From Lama guanicoe (Eukaryota), in contig MU053482.1 of the NCBI GenBank assembly GCA_013239625.1, positions 1,959,168 through 2,023,167 on the forward strand: a stretch of DNA of 64,000 nucleotides, written 5' to 3'. A program made the translations under genes and the position numbers. The notes under the pieces are model-generated. The model was not told the DNA's origin. It made no database searches and worked only from the letters and a program-made list of their open reading frames with translations. Shown piece by piece: positions 55,612 through 64,000 of the stretch. Each line of letters opens with the position of its first letter. Positions within the stretch are counted from its first letter, which is position 1.

Positions 55612-56775
55612 AGGAATCTTAATCCAATTAGTAAGTAAGATGAAGAATTTGATGGCAAATTTGAATGGTTTGCTAGCTTCATTTATCAAATGCCAACTAA
55701 TATTTTTGGATTAATAAAAGATATTACTGTAAATTTGTGTAGTCAGAGACCTTTCCTGAATGAGAAATATTCCCAGGAGTATTGAAAGGAACTTTCCAAA
55801 AACAACAACTTTCCATGAAACTAGTTAGTTAGCTAAGCAAAATGTGATATAATACTGAAACCCATATGTTTCATACCATACGAGAAAAGGCATTCTGACC
55901 CTCAAGATCATTTCAAATACTGGAAGCACAACTTAGAGGTATCCAGGCAACTTTTCTCTTATAGCTAGATGTCTGAAAACTCGACCACTCCAAACAGTCT
56001 ACAGCAAAACACCAACAACAGATTCCATGATCCCCGTTTTCAAGTTTCTGTGTAGGTAATATTAATTTAATAAAACAGAAAACAACAACAAAAATACTTC
56101 TCTTAACTGTGAGCCCCTCCAGGGCAGGAACTAAGTTCTATTCACCTTGTCATCTTGTATCCAGTAAAGGCCTCCATTATTAAATAAGGACTATTGATTG
56201 AAGAGCATTCACTGATTGACAGAAACAGTGTTTTCCAGCTTACAAATAATATGCAATGTACCTGCCTGGTGTAAGAAAGCCAGTGGCTTATCATGTAAAC
56301 AAATAACATCCTTGAGGAAGTCCCCTGGCCAAAAAACTGCACTACAACCCAACCTTCACTCTATCCTGAAACTCCCATTCTAGAGCAAAACTCCAAAACC
56401 CCCATACTAGGCCTGACCTCCATCCTCTACTCTAAATTTCCACCTGCTTCCTGAAAGGCTCCCTATCAGACAAGATGTGTATTATGTTCTATTCAAGACT
56501 TTTGGTTTTCAGGAATCTAGAAGGATGCACAGACACAAGTATTTATTTTGATGATGGACCATTTTGTCAAACTCTTAAGGGTTTCTGCAGGCTAAGACTA
56601 GTCCCCAACAACTACAAGCCTTGGTCATAATAAACTTTATTATTACTCAGATCTTCATATTCAACAAAAGATCACTACTTTTTGGCAGATGGTATAACTA
56701 TCAATGACTGGTTCATTTTTCTTTCATAATAAAGTGTGCATGCCATAGCCAAGACCAAAAAAATTCTAGTGAGAT

Positions 56776-56776
<1 letters not shown>

Positions 56777-56812
<36 letters not shown>

Positions 56813-56830
56813 TAGATAGATAGATAGATA
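56777..56830. repeat. Compound (GATA)n(GACA)n(GATA)n microsatellite
   Basis: Seen directly. Confidence 0.95.
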
Positions 56831-57324
56831 AAACTTCTCAGGCTCCCTAGCCAAATTGCTCCAAGCAAAGATACTAATTTTTTGGAAGAGCCTGTTTTCT
56901 TCACTCCTAATGATGAGCCATTTATCTGCAGCACACAAACCCCAGACTTACAGCCACAGCAAAAGCATTTAGAATGTCATATCTCAGGCATCAATGTGGC
57001 ATGGCTATTAAATTCAGCAAGCCAGGAAAGAGAGGGGAAATGAGACCTAAAAGGCACTTACTGGCAAGGGTTCTGTATGTCTGGCAAAGAAGAGTGTCCA
57101 GAGGGCAGTAATGAGCTAAAAGAAAAGATCACCAGAGGTCCAAGTAGAAGGGACCAACTGAGAATCCAGCCATCTAACCATGTGTGTATGTACCCAGCAA
57201 ACATTTTCTGGGTACCTGTAATGTACCAAGGATTGTGCTGGGAACACAGAGACTACCAAGACATTGGCTTTACCAATAATGATAACAGTAAAGATAATGA
57301 CAGGTATGTACAAAGTACAAAAGT

Positions 57325-57832
57325 ATTTTATTATTTTTGTGGTGTCATGATAAATAAAATTGTTTCCTTAATTTCTCTTTTTGATAGTTTGTTGTTAGTG
57401 TGCAGAAATACAATAGATTTCTATACATTAATTTTGGATCCCGCACTTTACCAAATTCATTGATGAGCTCTAATAATTCTTGGTGGCATTTTTAGGATTT
57501 CCTATGTATACTATAGTATCATTTGCAAAGAGTGACAGTTTTACTTCCTCCTTTCCAATTTGAATTCCAATTATTTATTTTTCTTGTCTGAGTGCTGTGT
57601 TTAGGACTTCCAACACTATGTTGAATAAAAGTGGTGAGTGTAGGCATCCTTGTCTTGTTCCTGACCTTAGAGGAAATGCTGTCAGGTTTTCACTATTGAA
57701 CATGATGTTAGCTGTGGGCTTATCATAGATGGTCATTATTATACTGAGGTATGCTCCCTCTATATCCACTTTCTAAAGAGTTTTTGTCATAAATGGATGT
57801 TGAATTTTATCTTTTGCTTTGTCTGCATCTAT
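57325..57832 (-). mobile_element. L1 ORF2 (RT) fragment
   Basis: [43 protein letters not shown]. Confidence 0.92.
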
Positions 57833-60577
57833 TAAACTGTCCTAAAGAATGAGTTGGAGCACTTGGTGAACAAGTCAAAGAAACGCTCTCTAGACAGGGA
57901 CACCAGCACATGCAAGATCCTATGGTTCAAGAGGAGTAAAAGAAGGCAGTTTCCACTTGAAGGCAAGAATAACAGAAGAGAGAAAGCCAGGTCTGTACTA
58001 AGTAATGAGAAGAGGGAAGAAGCACTTCCAGGAAAGATCAGGGTTAAACAAAGGTGTCTTCTCTTAAGAATTATGGTTCCATCAGGCATAAAAGACAGAC
58101 GAGGTGAAGTAAAACAAGAGGTTCTCATTTTGAGAGAGCTGCAAGAAAGAAAGGACTGCTGCAAAGAGTCTTAGGTGAGCACTTCCAAACCTGACACTAG
58201 TTAGCCACAGATTTGGAGTGAAGAGAAAGTGGCCACCAAACTGCCAAAACTAACTCATCCAGCAAGTATCTGAAGCTTAGCCACCCACGGCAGGGACACA
58301 GGGCTTCAATGTATGCTGAAAATATAAACTGTAAAGTTCTAAAGTATGCAGAATAAGTCCTAGTCAGTACAGTCAATCCAAATCTACTGCCATATGAACA
58401 AATTAGAATTTAATGACAATTTCACTAGAGTCAATGTTTCAATATGACAGAATATATGGATTATTTCTTTTTAGTTCCAAAATTAACAAGCAATACCAAA
58501 GGAAGCTTACTACTATAAATTCCACAGAAGATATTAAGTTACTTATTTCATCCACACATGCACATATCCCTACTCCAACTTCAGCACTACTGCAAAAAAA
58601 AGCTTCATCAGTCCCAACGAGAACAACAGCACCATTCTACCATTTGGGGTCTGAAGACCCCAAGTTTCTAAACAATTCATGAGCATTTAAATCTCAGGAG
58701 TCTTCTTAATGATTCTATTTTATACTTACAGAAAATTTTAACTGAAATTCATTTGCCCTTGATAGTCAGAAAGAACCCAAGCTTTACTGTTAGACCAAGG
58801 TTTAAATTCTTCCCCAGTGACTTAACATATGTGGTCTCAGGTTCCTTATATGAAAAATATATAGAGGGGGTCTATACACCTACATGGCAGAATTGTTATA
58901 AGGATAGGATATAATGCATGTCAAGTCCTCATACATTGTAAGCTCTTAGTAGAGGTTTTTATTATTATTGTGAAACTCTGCCAAAAGTAGCACAAGGAAA
59001 GTATTTTACCAGTCATAATCTCTCAATCTAATGCTCTAAATATTGTTCAACATAGGTTCCAAAATACAAATTGCCATCTAATTAGTTCATAGCTAACTTA
59101 GAAATAACCTCATGGGAGCTTGCTCTAGATGTACGCAGCTGAGCTGTAGAGGGAATGGTTTGCTGGACTGGCCCACAGGCAGCCTGTGAAATGTTCAATT
59201 CTGAATGCTACAGGCACTGAAATATCACATTTATAGGAATTTTATTTTTCAAATATGTAATGCTGAATATCAAGGAGACTATTTTAGCCTAGCCAAGGCC
59301 ACAGTCTCTCAAAACATTACTGTTCTATGTTATACTTTAACAACTGATCAAGAAGGAATAATATATAAATGATTAGGTTTTCAGAGAAAAAAGAGGTATC
59401 TGCATCCATGGATTTATTTATGTGGTGAGTTTTCCAAACCTTGCAATGGAACTGCAAAAACAATGTGATTAAAATCGATAGAGCACATCATCTGCTGATA
59501 CTGTTACCCAAGAAAAGGCAATAAGCCTTAGGCATGTTATTACTAGATTACACAATTTCACTGACAGGTTCAAGATTTTTAAAAGCAACTGAGAATAGAG
59601 AGGATTTCTTTTTTGAAGTCAAGGGATTTTTTTTCTTCAATTAAAAGGAAGTCATCATTTCTGTCTTTTTTATGATGAAGATTTGAAATGTCCTCTATAA
59701 TATTTTTAAAACTAATATGAATATTAAATTTTCCTTTATTTCCTAAAATAAAAATAGATCAATGATCCTGATTAAAATTAAACTGAAAGGTACTTTTGTT
59801 TAACAATACCATATCTAACCACATATCCATTCAACAAATATCAAAATGTTCAGGGACTAGTGGTTATAGGATTATTGTTTCTGCAAAGTCCATGCAGACA
59901 AATGTGAAAGTCCAAAAATAAGAATTTCCAAACCTTTTCTGCAAAAATGATCAATGACTCTCTTTTCATGTCTTACTGATGAAATGATAAACTCTGAAAG
60001 TCCTTCAAAGAATGCTATATTTCTATATTTCAAAGTATGCTTTTTAATCAGATAACAAAAGTTAGCCATGTAGACATAAATTCATTTGATAAAAGGTGAC
60101 CAAATAAAACTGAACCTAAAATCGGCAAGACTTTTACCCTAGACAGATCTTCTACTATACTACAAACAGAAAATTGCAAACATTGTTGATTGCTTTATAG
60201 TGAAAATTCCAAAGCAGAAACATTCTGTAGCATGAGAAGGCTGATGGAAACAACCATGTAGTTTTACCCTTATGACAAAAAAACTGTTGATGAGAAGAGG
60301 TGATATGATTTTAACTATGAATCCTGATAGGAAATAGAATGCTAGGCTCACAGAAATAAATAAATTGACCCAGGCATTAGGCCTACATTTACTAGCAGGC
60401 CTACATTTACTAGCTTTTACCAAGTGAACAGTAGAGTCTATTTACATGGAGCTTAGGTCTTTAGACCACCACCAGATGTAGATAATTTTAAAAAGAAAAT
60501 CTATAAAACATCATATATTTTCTTGTCACTAATGTACATACAGACTTACATATAAATATAAAAGCTTTATGTTCTAA

Positions 60578-60675
60578 GGAACATGAAAGATGCTCAACAT
60601 TGCTAATTACTAGAGAAATACAAATCAAAACTACAATAAAGTATCACCTCACACCAGTCTGAATGGCTATCAAAC
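60578..60675 (+). mobile_element. Short L1 ORF2 fragment
   Basis: acatgaaagatgctcaacattgctaattactagagaaatacaaatcaaaactacaat...acctcacaccagt. Confidence 0.8.
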
Positions 60676-61360
60676 AAAATGTTTCAACAGGGCACTTCAG
60701 CAAAAACATTACTTAAGATGTGGGAAAGCAATTCAGCCTAAGGCAACAGGAAAGAAGATCCATTTAACTCTGTTAGAGGGCAGAAGTTTCTACAAAGAAG
60801 GTTGGGAAATGCAGAGAAAAGACTCCTCCCTAAACAGGAGTTTAAAATGAATGAGCATCAAGATCCCAACCAACTTTAAATGCCATTGACTACAACATAT
60901 TCAAATATGAAATGGCAGAAGCTGATCTACAGCAAGTCTAACTCATTTAAAGGATAGGGTTTAGTTGTTAAATCTTTTCTTTGGGGGGAAATCTATAGGG
61001 AGAGGCATTTTTAATAAAAGCCTGCCATGTAACTGTAGTCAATTTCCATTCTTTATATGTGTAGGAATAGTTCTTTCCAACTTTTTCAATGAAATCAACA
61101 CTCTAAACAGGACATTTGAGCCAAGATATCACACCCAAATAAAACAGGGGTAGAGTTAAAATAAGCATATTATTTATTAAGCATTTTCCATTAGGTCCTA
61201 AGGCTGGTCGGAGTGGGGGCCAAAAAGTTGTGCTAAGTCCTGTTAGCTCCTTAGGATGTAAGAAAGACTTTGCATCCAAGGAAATAAGAATGTGAGGAGC
61301 ATCACAGTACCTTGAAATGGAATGAGAATGTATAACATCGGCACTAAGTAAAGAATAAAA

Positions 61361-61501
61361 GGCAGAGGGCATAGCTCAGTGGTAGTGTGTGTGCTTAGCA
61401 TGCATGAGATCCTGGCTTCAATCCCCAGTACCTTCATTAAAAAAATGAATAAATAAACCTAATTACCTCTCCCTCAAAAGAATTAAAAATTTTTAAAAAT
61501 T
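61361..61501 (+). mobile_element. Vic-1-like SINE
   Basis: SINE head and (AAAT)n; TSD taaagaataaaa (61349-61360, 61502-61513). Confidence 0.9.
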
Positions 61502-62314
61502 TAAAGAATAAAAACCTAATCACAATCTGAAACAAGTATCACTTATTTAAAAAACATTTAAAAAAACAAAAACAACTAGGGTTTGAGAAGATCAGCCCAG
61601 AGGAGACAGCAGAAGAAAAAGCATTTAAAGCACTCATATGGAGAATCAGAAAGTAAAAGCACTCTGAAGTGAAAAGCAAACTTACTGGTAAAGGAAGAAG
61701 AGATGGTCTTGGAGTGGAAAATGCTTAGAATCTTGGTTTTTTGTAGTAGTAGAGAAATATGCACCTATTATATACATTGGAAAAATGAAAGACACCCCCC
61801 ATTTCCCAGCCAAGGGAAAAAAATCTTAAATATTTGGAAATTCAGTAACACTTTCCAAAATGCTTTGATAAAAAGAAAATCAGAACTGAAATTACAAACC
61901 CTCCAGAAAACTATAAAGAGGAAAATGTTTCCTACCAAACTTATGGAGAACAGTGAAAGCTGTATTCAGAAGAAATCTTTTAGCTTCAAATGTATTTCTT
62001 ATAAAAGAAGAAAAATGAAAAAGAAAATTAACCTAGTCCTCAGCTTTAGCAACTAGGAAAAAAGAATTAAATAAACAGAAAGTAGGAAGAAAAGATAAAA
62101 AATGGTAAAGCTTCAGTTAATGAAACAAGTATCTCAAACAGCAGAATGAATATATCTAAAAACTGATTCTTTGACATGATTAATAAATTAAAATTAAAGA
62201 AAATGGAGAGTAAATATATATATGTGATTAGAAGTATAAAATAAATCACAAGTATAGATAAGAAAGCTCTTAAGATAATTATAAAACAATAGTACTTGCA
62301 ATTCTACAGTAACT

Positions 62315-62831
62315 TTCCTAGTTACAATTACTATATAACAAAGTACCCTCAAATTAGGGGGTTAAAACAAAAAATATTTTATTATGCTCACAGATTTTAT
62401 CAGTCAGAATGTCAGGGAAGGCTCACCTAGGCTAGAGTCTTTCAGGTGACTGTACTGAGATGTCAGCTGGGCTGCAGTCATCTGAAGGTTCTATTAGACT
62501 GTGTGTCCAAAATGGCTCACTCAACTGGCTGGCAATAGATGCTGGCTGATAGCTGGAATCTTACCATGGCCTCTCCAGCATGGTGGGCTCAGAGCAGTCA
62601 GACTTCTTACATGGCAACAGAATTCTCTCAGAGTGAGCATCCCTGAGAACTGGGTAAAAAAGTCTCAGGGCCTTTTCTGAACCAGCCTCAGAAGTTACAC
62701 AGTATCACTTCTGACATATTCTATTGGCTGAAGTAATCATAAACCTGCCTACATCCAAAGGGAGTGACCATAAATCCGTGTCCTGATAGGAATATCAAAA
62801 AACTTTGCAGAAATGATTTAAAACCAGCACA
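62315..62831 (-). mobile_element. MLT1-type LTR within an ancient L1 remnant (about 61770-63040)
   Basis: gtcagctgggctgcagtcatctgaagg, ccaaaatggctcactca, gcctcagaagttacacagtatcacttctg. Confidence 0.75.
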
Positions 62832-63049
62832 GCAACAAATCTGAATCCTAGAGGAAATAGATAATATTCTGGAAAACGTAAATTCCCAGTCATGACCCAG
62901 GAAGAAGCAGAAAGCTTGAATAGATCAAATGCCACAGAAGAGATAGAAAAAGTGATTAAAGATCAGCCATTAATTAAATGCATCTGGTAGTTTCACATGA
63001 GTTCTATGTAACTTCTTAAGAGAAGAAGTGCCATGTTATTTAAACGAGA

Positions 63050-63460
63050 GAATCTCGAACTTTAGTAAGCATCCGAATCTCCTTACCAACTAGTAAACAT
63101 GCAGGTTCCTGGGCACCATCCCCAGAGATTCTGATTCAGTAAGTCTAGAATGTGGAAGAAGGATCTGCATTTCTAACAAGCATACAGATGATGTTGATAC
63201 CACTTGTCCACAGATACACTTCGAGCAGCAGTGATTTAAACCAGTTAGCAACAATGGCTTGTTGGCCAAATCTGGCCTGCTGTCTGTTTTTATAAATAAA
63301 GTTTTATTGGCATACAGCCATGCTCATTCATTTACATATGTCTATGTCTACTTTTGCACTACAATGACAGAGTTGAGTAGGTGCAACAGAGACTAATCCA
63401 CAAAGCCTAATATAGTTACCATCTGGCCCTCTGCCTAAGAAAGTTGCCAACTCTTGCCTA
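63050..63460. mobile_element. Adjacent MER5A-like (about 63050-63235) and MER58A-like (about 63242-63460) hAT elements
   Basis: cccagagattctgattcagta...atctgcatttctaacaag; ggccaaatctggcctgc...ccacaaagcctaa. Confidence 0.8.
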
Positions 63461-64000
63461 AACCAGTTTTATTCTACCTTCAGTTAGCCACTATACTGAA
63501 GAGGATGTATGATGGCTCAAGCTCAGTGAGGAAGAAGGTTGTGGTCCATTAGAGACGTCTACCATGGGCACTGCAAGAGGTTACTCGTAGCATGAATGGT
63601 ATCTATTTGCTGAGCCTGACTGTAAAGTATACATGTTTTAGGAATCTTTTCAAAAAGCTGTTGGATAACTGCAACAAAATATGGGTGCAATGCACACATT
63701 TTTAGCTATGCCATTAACAATGTATCAGATTTTGTTCCAACTGCTGTGGAAGTTATTATAATAATATGTAAATATTTCACATTCATAAAAAAGTGAAGAA
63801 AATAAAATCATTTTGTGATTTTATCAGAGTGTAATACAGACCAATTTTGTCATGTTTGTACACAAGATTTCTGAGATTGATGTCTGCTCTTGAAAGAATA
63901 CTAATAATTTTCAAATGCTATGAGCCTATATTTTATCAGTTGAATATGTCTCCGTTATTAAGACATCTTTCAAAGATCCTGACTCTCAACTTTGGGGGTG

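Overview
Mammalian genomic DNA, most likely camelid given six copies of a tRNA-derived SINE of the camelid Vic-1 type. The window holds the coding part of STK33 (CAMK-group Ser/Thr kinase) on the minus strand. Eleven GT-AG coding exons run from the ATG at 48753 to 5937, totalling 1344 nt (448 codons), with phases that fit and all kinase motifs intact ([23 protein letters not shown]). The last exon reads through its donor to a stop at 5811, giving a 489-aa product; no separate terminal exon or CpG-island promoter is visible. Introns are packed with L1, L2, MIR, MaLR/ERVL LTRs, Tigger/hAT transposons and microsatellites. I found no evidence of a wholly new biological system. The best leads are a 135-codon upstream overlapping ORF over the STK33 start, L1-donated polyA signals just after the read-through stop, a TSD-flanked pre-tRNA-Glu retrocopy with a nested SINE, an L1 lacking ORF1/EN, a twin-priming inversion, and a young L1 with 490 intact ORF2 codons. 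Repeat subfamily names come from recalled consensus sequences and their boundaries are approximate.
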